From Heterodontus francisci (taxonomy: Eukaryota), in contig NC_090381.1 of the NCBI RefSeq assembly GCF_036365525.1, positions 77,851,174-77,915,173 on the forward strand: 64,000 bases of DNA, read 5' to 3'. This document shows, one piece after another, positions 1 through 12,322 of this stretch. The notes beneath the pieces were generated by a model that worked only from the letters and a program-made list of their open reading frames with translations, did not search any database and had not been told where the DNA came from. The translations under genes were made by a program, and so were the position numbers. Positions within the stretch are counted from its first letter, which is position 1. Every line of letters starts with the position of its first letter.

Positions 1-826
1 GGTGTCACAGAGGGAACAATCCCTTCGGAATGCTGAGAGGGGACAGGAAAATGCGTTTGGTAGTGGCATCACGCTGGAGGTGGCTGAAATGGCAGAGGAT
101 GATCCTTCAGATGTGGAGGCTTGAAATTGAGGACAAGGGGAAGGGGTGAGGGCAGAAGTGCGGGAAATCTGTCGGGCACGGTCGAGGACCCTGTCAACCA
201 CAGTGTGGGGGGATTCCTCTGTTGAGGAAGGTTGCATCATCAGAATAGATACGATGGAGACAGAGAAACTGGGAGAATGGAATGGAGTTCTTTCAGGAGG
301 CATGGTGTGAGGAAGTGTAGTCGACGTAGCTGTGGGAGTCGGTGGGCTTATAATGAATATCAGTAGACAGCATATCCCAGAAATGGAGACAGAGAAGTCG
401 AGGATGGGAAGGGAAGTGTCGGAGATGGACCATGTGAAGGTGAGAGAAGGGTGGAAACTGGAAGCAAAGTTGATGAAGTTTTCCAGTTCTGGGCGAGAGC
501 AGGAAACCGCACCGATACAGTCATCAATATACTGGAAAGAGAGTTGGGGGAGCGGGCCTGAGTAGGAACGGAACAAGGAATATTCGGCAGCCCCCACAAA
601 AAGACAGGCATAACTAGGACTCAGACAGGTATCCATAGCAACTCCTTTTATTTGGAGGAAGTAAATGGCGTTGAAGGAGAAGTTGTTCAATGTGAGAACA
701 ATTTCAGCCAGCCGGAGGAGAGCGGCGGCAGATGGGGAATGGTTGGGCCTCTGTTCAACTAAGAAGCGGGGAGCCCTCAGACAGTACTGGTGGGGGATGG
801 AGGTGGAGAGAGACTGGACGTCCATT
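1..826 (-). mobile_element. Penelope-like retroelement, decayed RT fragment (continues past window start)
   Basis: Minus-strand motifs MDVQSLSTSIPHQ, GVAM.T...PSYACLFVG and QYIDDCIG are present. The start of the window is homologous to the 22960-23010 Penelope segment. Confidence 0.85.
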
Positions 827-1145
827 ATTCGGTTCATTACTCTACCATTAACACTCTGTCTGGACAAATGCTTCGTCTTTTACTACACCTATTACCACTC
901 CCTTTGCCTTTTATTCCATGACATCTTTGTCATTTAATTTATCCTGCCCTTCATCCTATCACAGACTTTCCCTTTTGTTCTTTGCTCTCCCCCCACCCCC
1001 TTTCACTTACTCAAAACCGATCGCATTTCTAACCTTTGCCAATTCTGATGAAAGGTCATCAACCTCAAACATTAACTGTTTCTCTCTCCATAGATGCTGC
1101 CAGACTTGCTGAGTATTTCCAGCATGTTTTGTTTTTATTTTATTT
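827..1145 (+). mobile_element. Penelope 3' tail/pLTR, inverted relative to the adjacent RT
   Basis: ctgatgaaaggtcatcaacctcaaacattaactgtttctctctccatagatgctgccagacttgctgagtatttccagc. The same tail recurs at 44.7, 52.4 and 54.2-54.6 kb. Confidence 0.75.
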
Positions 1146-1729
1146 TAAACTGATGAGCATATTCCTACCTTCTATGCAGCACGCATTTGATTTTTATTAT
1201 ACAGACTGCTTTTCTACTGCTGTTACATTAACACCAAATGCACCAACATTTTTCCAACTTAGGTCATGGACTTTGGGCCATACGGAGGCTTGCTTATCGG
1301 AAGATTTTTGGGAATTTGATCATACTCCCTTTGCCAATGCTAATGCTAGGCCTATTCACAAGGAACTCATTCATTGTTGCTCTGCTTTCCCTCTCCACAT
1401 TTACCAGTCTCTGTAACAGGAACATGGTACATTGTTTTTAATCAGATTTTCAGTTAATTAATTCCACTCTGCAGTCCTGAAATATGCAAGGTGTCACTCA
1501 GCTTCTGGAGCACTATAATTGGCAGCACCTATGTATTTGAGGCAGGTTTCCTTTCAAAATGCAATTAATTTACATTACCCTATATATTAGAGTAATCATG
1601 CACCTGCTGCCAAAAGGACAAGAATGGGGTGCTCTCAGGCATGTAATGAAATTAGGCATCTATCCATCCACCTTGTGGCTACCTAAAGAAAATGCTACGT
1701 ACCACTTAGAGATAATTCACTAAGACCAA

Positions 1730-2155
1730 GTACACTGAAGAAGATTTTATGAGGATGAATGGTTAAAATTGCGAAGAGAGACTGGAGTAGTAATGGCTTC
1801 CTTCACATGACAACATTGAGGGGACACAATAGCAGTCTTCAAAATTATGAAGGACTAACATGCAGTAAATGCTGGCAAATTGTTTTCATTAGTCCTCAAT
1901 GAAGGCACAAATTTAAGATAGTTACAAGATGTCATAAAGGAGACTTACGTTAAAAAAAAAATTTGGAGGGAATGGTTAGAATGTAAATCTCTGCCACAAA
2001 ACACTGAAGGGGACTCATTGCTTAAAAAAGAGGAATATTAAAGGATAGGCGAGGCAAGCAGTAAAGCGAGATTAGACAGGTAACTCATGGAACAGAACAC
2101 TAGCACAGACTTGATGGGCCAAGTGGTCTATTTCTGTGTTGTAACATTCCATGAT
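1730..2155 (+). mobile_element. Old CR1 LINE 3' fragment
   Basis: Degenerate ERLE..L/GDTIAVFKIMKG motifs and a CR1-like 3' end (gatgggccaagtggtctatttctgtgttg). Confidence 0.6.
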
Positions 2156-2571
2156 ATGCCCTTTGGATTTTCCTTTGCTTTGTAGGGAGAAACTGCAGCC
2201 TCAGAAAATAAGCAGAGCCTGGAATAGACCTGCATTCACTTCATTCAGTGGGAATGAGTAACTGAAAGTAACTCCTCCAATGCAATGGTACTGCACATGC
2301 AAGTATGTGACTTAAAAATCTTTAAGTGCACTTCTCTAACATTTGCACATAGTACAGTTGCTTGAAATGCACACTTGCATTTCAGACTTCAAAATGTAAA
2401 ATGGCACACAAGGAGAATAGTGAGAAAGTCTAACTACGGTCATATACGCAACTAAGTTTTATAAATCCTTCAGTAAATTCTGCTCAACAACTTTTCCAAG
2501 TACTACAATTTATACAACACTTGCATGTAATGCAAAATTCACAATTTATCTCAGCTATTCAGCACAAGCAT

Positions 2572-5500
2572 GCACTTACCTTCCGGGAGAGGAGAGAACC
2601 TGCGAAGAAAACACGTAGCGAGGAACAGATAAATAGAGCCCGAGGATCGCAGCCTAGAGCATTTACCTTCCGGGAGAGCAGTGGAGAGGAGTGGACCCGT
2701 GGGAAGAACACGGAGCGAGGAGCGGATAAAAACAGCCCGAGAATCGGGGCCTACAGCACTTACCTTCCGGGACAGCAGCAGAGAGGAGTCAAGGCGTGCC
2801 GGAGTTTGAAAACAAAGTGAGCAGTGACATCACAAGAAAGCTGCAACGTGATTGGCTGGTGAGTAACTGCTGTGAGGGAGTATCAGTAAATAGCTGGGTA
2901 AGTACACTACTGCTATGGTGCGTGTGTAAAAAACTTAATAAGGAACAAGTGAGTAGCTTTTTCTTTTGAGTAAGGTGTTTTTTAACTAGTGAACTGTATT
3001 GATTTTTAGTAGGATTTATCAGTACTAGTAAGGTTTTATTAATAATTCTAAGCTATTATAGTATTGGTAAGGTTTTTTTTAGCAGTAGCAAAGGGTCAAC
3101 TAATAAATAAAGGAAAGGCAGGGTTGCTTCAACTTTGAGAGTGCACCTCCTGTGCTATGTGGGAACTCCAGGATGCTTCCCGCATCCTGGAGAACCATTT
3201 GTGCAGGAAGTGTCATCAATTGAAGCAGCTTGAGCTCCAATTTTGGAACTTGTGCGGCAGCTGGTGACACTGCGGTGAGGATGAGCACTACGTGGATAGC
3301 ACATTCATAGATGGTGGTCACTCCACAGCTTAAGTGTATGCAGGCAGAGAGGGAATAAGTGACCACCAGACAGTCAAAATGAATCAGGCAGGTAGTGCAG
3401 GAGACCCCTGAGTGCATCTCACTCTCCAACAGGTATTCAGTTCTGAAGACTGAGGAAAGTGATGCTTCACATGAGGAGTGCAGCCAGAGCCAAGTCCATG
3501 GCAACACAGGTGGCTCAGCTGCACATGGAGGTACAGGGAAGATTGGAAGAGCCATAGTGATAGGTGATTCAATAGTCAGGGGAACAGATAGGCATTTCTG
3601 TGCCGCAGACGTGAATCCAGGATGGTGTGTTGCCTCCATGGTGCCAGGGTCAAGGATCTCAATGAGCAGCTGCAGAGCATCCTGAAGAGGGAGGGTGAAC
3701 AGCCAACAGTCGTGGTCCACATCTGAACCAACGACATAGGTCAAAAGAGGGATGTGGTCTTGCAGTCAGAATTTAGGGAGTAGGGAATTAGCAAGCAGGA
3801 CCTCAAAAGTAGTAATCTCCGGATTACTCCCAGTTCCACACACAAGTGAGTATAGAAGTAGAAGAATAAGACAAATGAATGCGTGGCTGGAAAGATAGTG
3901 CAGGAGGGAGGGCTTCAGATTCCTGGGACATTGGGACCGGCTCTGGGGGAGATGGGACCTGTACAGGCTAGACGGGTCACACCTGAACAGAGACAGGACT
4001 GACGTCCTTGCGGGACGTCTTGCTAGTGCTGTTAAGGAGGGTTTAAAATACTTTGGCAGGGGGATGGGGACCTGAAGGTAGATTCAGCTGCAAAAGAACC
4101 AGAAATTAAAATGGAAGGTGGAAAATTAATGGATGAGTCTGGAAGAGAGGAAATGAGGGTTAGAAAATAAAGAAAAAAAGTTTGGCAGTGCTCAAGGGTA
4201 TCTATTTCAATGCAAGTATAGCAAATAAAACAGATGAGCCGAGGGCACAGATAGACATGTGGCAGTATGATATCATAGCTATTACAGAAACATGGCTTAA
4301 GGAGGGACAGGAATGGCAGCTCAACATTCCTGGTTACAGGGTTTTCAGATGCGATAGGGAGGGGGATAAGAAAGGAGGGAGAGTGGCAATTTTGGTCAAG
4401 GAAACTATTACAGCTGTGAGGCGGGATGATATGTTGGAAGGTTCATCAAATGAGGCCATATGGATTGAGCTAAGGAACAAAAAAGGAGCAATCACACTGC
4501 TGGGAGGGTACAAGAGACCCCCAGTCAGAATGAGATAGAAGATATGTAGGCAAGTCTCTGAGCAAGAACAACAGGGCTGTAATAGTAGGGGATTTTAATT
4601 ACCCCAATATTAACCAGGAAAGTTTTAGTGTGAAAGGAATTGAGGGAGCAGAATTCTTGAGGCGCATTCAGGAGATCTTTTTTGCCCAGTATGTAGCAAG
4701 TCCAACAAGAGAGGGCGCAGTTTTAGACTTAATTTTAGGAAATGAAGATGGGCAGGTGGAAGAAGTGGCAGTAGGAAAGCATTTTGGTGATAGTGATCAT
4801 AATTCAGTCAGTTTTAACATAATTATGGAGAAGGACAGAGATAAAATTGGAGTTGGAGTTCTTAATTGGGGCAAGGCCAATTTTACTACACTGAGGAGTG
4901 ATTTAGCGAAAGCGGACTGGAAACAGCTACTTGAAGGTAAATCAGTGTCAGAACAGTGGAAGGCATTCAAAGGGGAGATTCAAGGGGCTTACAGTAAACA
5001 CGTTCCCACAAAGTAAAAGGGTGAGGTGGCCAAATCTAGAGCCCCATGAATGTCAAGGAGCCTACCGGGTAAGATAAGGCAGAATAGGAAAGCTTATGTC
5101 CGACACGGAGAACTCAAGACTACAGAAAGCTGAGAGGAGTATAGAAAGTGGAGGGGTGAAATCAAAAAGGAAATTAGGAAAACAAAGAGAGGGCGTGAAA
5201 GAATATTGGCAAGCAAAATCAAGGTGAACCCAAAGATGTTTTATCAATGCATTAAGAGTAAGAGGATAACTAAGAGAATAGGGCCCATAAAAGACCAAAA
5301 GGTAACCTATGCATAAGAGCGGAAGATATTGGTATGGTTCTTAATGAACACTTTGCATCTATCTTCACAAAAGAGGAGGATGATGCAAATATTATAGTTA
5401 AGGAGGAAGGGTGTGAAGTATCGGATGTGATAAACTTAGGGAGAGAGGAAGTATTAATGGGATTAGCATCCTTGAAAGTTGATAAATCACCTGGGCTGGA

Positions 5501-7044
5501 TGAAATGTATCCTAGGCTGTTAAAAGAAGCAAGAGGGGAAATAGCAGAGGGTCTGACCATCATTTTCCAGTCGTCATTGGATACAGGCGTGGTGCCGGAG
5601 GACTGGAGAATTGCTAACGTTGGACCTCTGTTTAAAAAGGGAGCGAAGGACAGACCGAATAATTACAAGCCAGTCAGTCTCACCTCAGTAGTGAGCAAAT
5701 TATTGGAATCTATTCTGAGAGACAGGATAAACGGTCACCTAGGAAGATTAATCAAGAATGGTCAACATGGATTTGTTAAGGGAAGATCTTGTTTGACCAA
5801 CCTGATCGAATTTTTTGAAGAAGTAACAAGGAAGATAGATGAGGGTAGTGCAGTTGATGTGGTCTACATGAATTTTAGTAAGGCTTTTGATAAGGTCCCA
5901 TATGACAGACTGGTTAAAAAAATAAAATCCCGTTGGGATCCAGGGAAACGCAGCAAGGTGGATACACAATTGGCTCAGAGGCAGGAAATAAAGGGTAACT
6001 GTTGACGGCTGTTTTAGAGACTGGAACGCTGTTTCCAGTGGCGTTCCGCAGGGCTCAGTACTGGGTCCCCTGCTTTTTGTGGTATATATTAACGATTTGG
6101 ATGTAAATGTAGGGGGCACGATCAAGACATCTGCGGATGACACAAAGATTGACCGTGTGGTAGATAGCAAGGAGGATAGCTGTAGGCTGCAGCAAGATAC
6201 TGATGGTCTGGTCAGATGGGCAGAAAAGTGGCAAATGGAATTCAACTTGGAGAAGTGTGAGGTGATGCATTTGGGGAGGTGAAACAAGGCAAAGGAATAC
6301 ACGATTAACGGAAAAATACTGAGAAGTGTAGGGGAAGTAAGGGACCTTGGAGTGAATGTCCACAGATCCCTGAAGGCAGGAGGACAGGTCGAAAAGGTGA
6401 AGGAGGCATATGGCATCCTTTCCTTTATTAGCTGAGGTATACAATACAAGAGCAGGGAGGTTATGCTGGAACTGTATAACTAACTCATTGGTTAGGCCAC
6501 AACTTGTGTACTGTGTGCAGTTCTGGTCACCTCAGTACAGAAAGGATGTAATTGAACTAGACAGGAGATTTACGAGGATGTTGCCAGGACTGGAAAAATG
6601 CAGCTATGAGGAAAGATTGGATAGGCTGAGGTTGTTCTCCTTGGAACAGAGAAGGCTGAGGGGAGATCTGATTGAAATGTACAACATTTTGAGGGGCCTG
6701 GATAGAGTGGAGGTGAAGGGGCTATTCACCTTAGCAGAGAGGTCAGTGACAAGGGGGCATAGATTTAAAGTGGTTGGTAGAAAAATTAGAGGGGAGATGA
6801 GGAAAACATTTTTCTCCAAGGAGAGTGGTGGTGGTCTGGAACTTACTGCTTGAAAGGGTGGTTGAGGCAGAGACCCTCAACTTATTCAAAAGGAGTCTGG
6901 ATATGCACCTCAAGTGCCGTAAGCAGCAGGGTTACGTACCAAATGCTGGAAGGTGGGATTAGAATAGGTAGATCGTTTTTCGGCCGGCACAGACACAATG
7001 GGCCAAGTGGCCTCCTTCTGTGCATTAAACTTTCTATGATTCTA
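2572..7044 (+). mobile_element. Near full-length CR1 LINE (ORF1 Zn-finger plus SGNH esterase; ORF2 APE endonuclease plus RT), disrupted
   Basis: ORF1 motif IVIGDSIVRGTDRHFC. ORF2 motifs [48 protein letters not shown] and YCVQFWSP. Tail ttctatgattcta. Many frameshifts and stops. Confidence 0.93.
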
Positions 7045-8904
7045 AACTTTCTAAATATCCTTTGCAATTCTGGGGTTAAATTTCCATTTTATCCAGAAGA
7101 ATGTGTCTGTAGTCTTGAAAACATCTTGAGCAAGGATTCAAGTCATTAAGTAAGGTACAGCTTCAAAAAAAGGGATATTTTAACAATAAATCATGGAATT
7201 ATTTAAAAGTTTAGATCCCAACTTAAATAAATTTACAAAGCAAGATTGATGTTTCAACAATGCAAGCAATCAGTAATGCACACATTCCCCATTTTAATTT
7301 CCTTCCAAGCTCCCAATTTTCAACTATAAATTGTCGTGCCATTTTCTGAAAGATTAAGTAGCTTACTCTCTGTTTTTTGCCTCTGCTGGTGTAAGAGTTA
7401 ATGGTACAAAAATCAGGATAAGGATTAAGTGGCCCACAAAGCACTCAAAAAAAAATTGTAGAGTTGAAAGCATGAGCAACTATGGAAGGATATGATAATC
7501 ACTATACTGCAAACGTAACTTAGATTTGGCTAGAAATGGGAATTTAATAAAACCATTACTCTCTCACCCTGGCCATTCCCCTGGTATGGCCCTGATCTCT
7601 GTTTCCTTAAGTTCAAGGGACAGACACTTGAAAGAATATGGTAGACAACTGGTTGAGCCAGTCACCACCAGATCTAGCTACACCACATAAAGCACCATCC
7701 CAGAATGCAAAGGTAACCCCCAGCTTCTTTTCTTCACTGCAAACCATCTTCTTAAACCCCTCTCCTGCCTTCTCTTCACCAAAAAAGAGCTATCCAGTCT
7801 AATCCCACCTTCCAGCTCTTGGTCCACAGTCCTGTAGGTTACAGCACCTCAAGTGCATATCCACACAGTAAACAGTATTCTAGCTGTGGTATAACTAGTG
7901 TTTTATACGATATTAGCATGACCTCCCTGCTCTTATATTCTAGGCATCGACCAATAAAGCAAAGTATCCCATATGCCTTCTTAACCATCTTATCTACTTA
8001 TCCTGGTACCTTCAGGGACCTGTGGGCCTGCAGCCCCAAGGTCCCACCATTCCTCTACACTGCTCAATATCCAACTATTTATTCTGTATTCCTTTGCCTT
8101 GGTTGCCCCCCCTAAATACATTACCTCACACTTCTATGGATTGAATTCCATTTGCCAATAAACTGCCCACCTGACCAGTCCATTAGTATTTTCAGGCAAT
8201 CTACAGTTTTGTTCCTCACTAACATCCATATCGCCAATTTTCATAGCATCTGCAAACTTCGTAATCATAACCTCAACATTTAAGTCTAACTCATTGATAT
8301 AAACCAAGAACAGCAAGGGACCCAATACTGAGCCCTACAGAACCTCACTGGAAACAGTCTTCAAGTCACAAAAGCACCCATTGACAATAACACTTCGCTT
8401 CCTGCCACAGAGCCAATTTTGCTACTTTCCTTTGGATCCCATGAACTTTTAATTTTCTGACCAGTCTGCCACATGGGACCTTGTCAAAAATCTTACTAAA
8501 ATCCATGTAGACTACATCAAATCACTAGCCTTAACAATCTTCCGTGTTACCTCCTCAAAAAATTCAATCAAGTTAATCAGACACGACCTTCCCTTAACAA
8601 AGCCATGCTGACTATCTTTGATTAATTCGTGTCTTTATAAATGAAGATTTATCTTGTCCCTCAGAATTTTTTTCTAATAATTTCCCCACCACTGACGTTA
8701 GGTTAACTGGCCTGTAATTACTGGGCAATCCCTTCCTCCCTTTTTAAACAATGGTACAATGTTAGCAGCCCTGCAACATTACGCCTGTAGCCAGAATGTA
8801 TTGGAAAATGATGGTTCAAGCTTCTGCTATTTCTTCCCTTGCTTCACTTAACAGCTTGGGTGAGATACATTTCATTCAAGCCTGATGATCTATCTACTTA
8901 CAAG

Positions 8905-10790
8905 GATTTTTTTTTCTTACATTGGAGGTCAACATCACTGGCAGGCCAGCTTTTGTTGCCCATCCTAATTGCCTTTGAACTGAGTGGCCATTTCAGAGGG
9001 CAGTTAAGAATCAATCACATTGCTGTGGGCCTGGAGTCACACGTAGGCCAGACCAGGTAAGTACGGCAGATTTCTTCTCTAAAGGACATTAATGAATCAT
9101 ATGGATTTTTACAATTATCGATGTTAGTTTCATGGCACCATTACCGAGACTAGCTTTCACTTCCAGATTTTTTTAAATATTAGAACATAGAACAGTACAG
9201 TACAGGCCCTTCAGCCCACGATGTTGTGCCGACCCTTTAACCTACTCTAAGATCAAACTAACTACCTACCCTTCATTCTACTATCATCCATGTACCTATC
9301 CAAGAGTGGCTTAAATGCCCCTAATGTATCTGCTTCTACTACCACCGCTGGCACTGCATTCCACGCACCCACCACTCTCTGTGTAAAGAACCTACCTCTG
9401 ACATCTCCCCTAAACCTTCCTCCAATCACCTTAAAATTATGCCCCCTGGTGATGGCCCTTTCCACCCTGGGAAAAAGTCTCTGGCTATCCACTCTATCTA
9501 TGCCTCTCATCATCTTGCACACCTCTATCAAGTCACCTCTCATCCTTCTTCGCTCCAATGAGAAAAGCCCTAGCTCCCTCAACCTTTCTTCATAAGACAT
9601 GCCCTCCAGTCCAAGCAGCATCCTGGTAAATCTCCTCTGCACGCTCTCTAAAGCTTCCACATCCTTCCTATAATGAGGCGACCAGAACTGAACACAATAT
9701 TCCAAGTGTGGCCTAACCAGGGCTTTATAGAGCTGCAGCATAACCTCGCGGCTCTTATACTCAATCCCCCTGTTAATGAAAGCCAACACCCCATACGCCT
9801 TCTTAACAACCCTATCAACTTGGGTGGCAACTTTGAGGGATCTATGGACGTGGACCCCAAGATCCCTCTGTTCCTCCACACTGCCAAGAATCCTGTCTTT
9901 AAGCCTGTATTCTGCATTCAAATTCGACCTTCCAAAATGAATCACTTCACCCTTTTCCAGGTTGAACTCCATCTGCCACTTCTCAGCCCAACTCTGCATC
10001 CTGTCAAAGTCCCGTTGCAACCTACAACAGCCCTCCACACTATCCACAACTCCAGCAACCTTTGTGTCATCGGCAAACTTACTAACCCAGCCTTCCACTT
10101 CCTCGTCCAAGTCATTTATAAAAATCACAAAGAGCAGAGGTCCCAGAACAGATCCCTGCAGAACACCACTGGTCACCGAGCTCCAGGCTGAATACTTTCC
10201 ATCTACTACCACCCTTGGTCTTCTATGGGCCAGCTAATTCCGTATCCAGACAGCCAAATTTCTCTGTATCCCATGCCTCCTTACTTTCTGAATGAGCCTA
10301 CCATGGGGAACCTTATCAAACGCCTTGCTAAAATCCATATACACCACATCCACTGCTCTTCCTTCATCAATGTGTTTTGTCACATCCTCAAAGAATTCAA
10401 TAAGGCTTGTGAGGCATGACCTGCCCCTCACAAAGCCATGCTGACCATCTATAATCAAACTATGCTTTTCCAAATAATCATAAATCCTGTCTCTCAGAAT
10501 CCTCTCCAATAATTTGCCCACCACCGATGTAAGACGGACTGGTCTGTAATTCCCAGGGTTATCCCTATTCCCTTTCTTGAACAAGGGAATAACATTTGCC
10601 ACCCTCCAATCATCTGGTACTACTCCAGTGGACAGCGAGGACGCAAAGATCATCGCCAAAGGCGCGGCAATCTCTTCCCTCGCTTCCCGTAATAACCTTG
10701 GGTATATCCCGTCTGGCCCCGGGGACTTATCTGTCCTCATGTCTTTCAACTGAATTTAAGTTCCACCAACTGCCATGGTGGGATTACTGA
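8905..10790 (-). mobile_element. tRNA-head SINE of the 37148-37632 family, interrupted by a CR1 at 9181-10747
   Basis: 8905-9175 matches 37150-37545 and 10748-10787 matches the sequence next to the head (gccatggtgggatt). Confidence 0.65.
9181..10747 (-). mobile_element. Young 5'-truncated CR1 LINE (RT and C-terminus)
   Basis: ORFs 10234-10749 and 9262-10212 give a nearly uninterrupted RT ([32 protein letters not shown]) with a (ttctatg)-type tail. Confidence 0.93.
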
Positions 10791-11034
10791 AAGACCTGAA
10801 TATTTCTTTCCTCACTATGTTTCTCATCCAATACATCACACTCCTCAACTACAACGTCTGCTTCATCTCTCTCTTTTGTGAAAACAGATGCAAAATAGTA
10901 ATTAAGAACCATGCCCACGTCTTCCACCTACACACACGTTGCCTATTTGATCTCTAATTGGCCCTACTCTTCCCTTAGTTATCCTCTTTTGCTTTATTTA
11001 TAAAGCAGATTTAGTTTTTCTTTGATCTTACTTG

Positions 11035-11974
11035 TATCACGGAACTGTATTTATTTTCTCCTCAGATTAAAACAGTGTGCCTTTAAAACAGGGAAAGAAG
11101 TTTTGGATTTCTGAAGCACAGTGTGCCACAGCTGCATTTTGTTACCTAGGCGACAGCAGGAGACAGAGAGGTCACATGGTATAATGTTTTGATTTGACTG
11201 TGTAAAACTTGCAAAAACAGGTCTAAACCAGTTAGTTTTTGAGTGACTCTCCAGCGAGGCATGCTACTGAAGAAAAGAGCTGTCTATTCTCTCTCAGCAG
11301 AAATTCTATAAGGAGCTACAGCCTAAGGAGGAAAAAAGCGCTTTTTTTGAAGAGACCATTTGTATTGCTGAGGGTAGCAAAATTCCTTTTCTTTACTTCC
11401 AAGCCAGGAAGCATTTGCTTCAAGATTGAGTCTCTCTTGACTGATTCTACTTTCTGGAATTCACCGGTGGTCTTGATGCCTGCTTTAGCCGAAGTGTTTT
11501 GAATGCCTATCTACTGAACAGACTATTTCATCAAATCCGCGTGGAGACTTCACGAAGCATTTGATTATTTTCACATTAGAATACCTCACCCATTAGGAAT
11601 GTAACCCACAAAGGCTTATTTATTTATTTTGAAGAAACGGCTAATTTTTAAAAGCATAATTTTTTAAAAAAGAAACCGGTTAACCAGATTTTTGAATGTA
11701 TGTGTATGTGTATGTCAAGGAGTTAGGTCAAAATAAGAAGTTAGACACAGGTTTAGTCTTTAGACATAGGTTTATCTTAAGATTTAGTTTTCTAATAAAC
11801 AGTTAAGTTGTTGTTGTCTAAAGATACCTGGTTTGGTCTGTTTTATTCTGGGGGTTACTAGAGGGTTTAATTTCACTGTTTTCCGGTGGGGTGGGAAAGC
11901 TTTAATAATATGCTGTGAAGTGTGGAGTGATGAGACTGAATTGACAGTGTATTGCTCCCACTTCAGTCATAACA
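11035..11974 (+). mobile_element. Probable solo LTR (Gypsy-like)
   Basis: Ends are ta(tg)tcacgg...cataaca. A 4-bp TSD cttg is restored after removing the adjacent SINE. There is an internal aataaa near 11795 and no coding domain. Confidence 0.6.
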
Positions 11975-12322
11975 CTTTTTTTTTTATATAGAGAGATACA
12001 GCACTGAAACAGGCCCTTCAGCCCACTGAGTCTGTGCCGACCATCAACCACCCATTTATACTAATCCTACATTAATCCCATATTCCCTACCACATCCGCA
12101 CAATTCTCCTACCACCTACCTACACTGGGGGCAATTTACAATGGCCAATTTACCTATCAATCTGCAAGTCTTTGGCTGTGGGAGGAAACTGGAGCACCCG
12201 GCAGAAACCCACGCGGTCACAGGGAGAACTTGCAAACTCCACACAGGCAGTACCCAGAACTGAACCCGGGTCACTGGAGCTGTGAGACTGTGGTGCTAAC
12301 CACTGCGCCACTGTGCCGCCCC
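11975..12322 (-). mobile_element. HE1/V-SINE-like tRNA-derived SINE
   Basis: Head ggggcggcacagtggcgcagtggttagc...gggttcagttct (A/B boxes), V-domain-like gtgggtttctgccgggtgctccagtttcctccca, CR1-like tail and TSD acactt. Confidence 0.88.

Noticed and set aside
1036-1441. 126-aa plus-strand ORF, and an AG/GT-bounded minus-strand segment (about 1169-1410) as the next DIS3L2 exon
   Set aside because: The ORF starts in a Penelope tail. The minus-strand segment has stops and no DGDRDIFIDG-like peptide.
3100-3744. 214-aa minus-strand ORF, and similar ORFs at 5748-6449, 9673-10191 and 46871-47548
   Set aside because: These are antisense shadows of LINE coding sequence.
12260-12322. tRNA gene-like A/B boxes (also at 21878, 24400, 37600, 43700 and 61230)
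   Set aside because: These are SINE heads with no complete cloverleaf.
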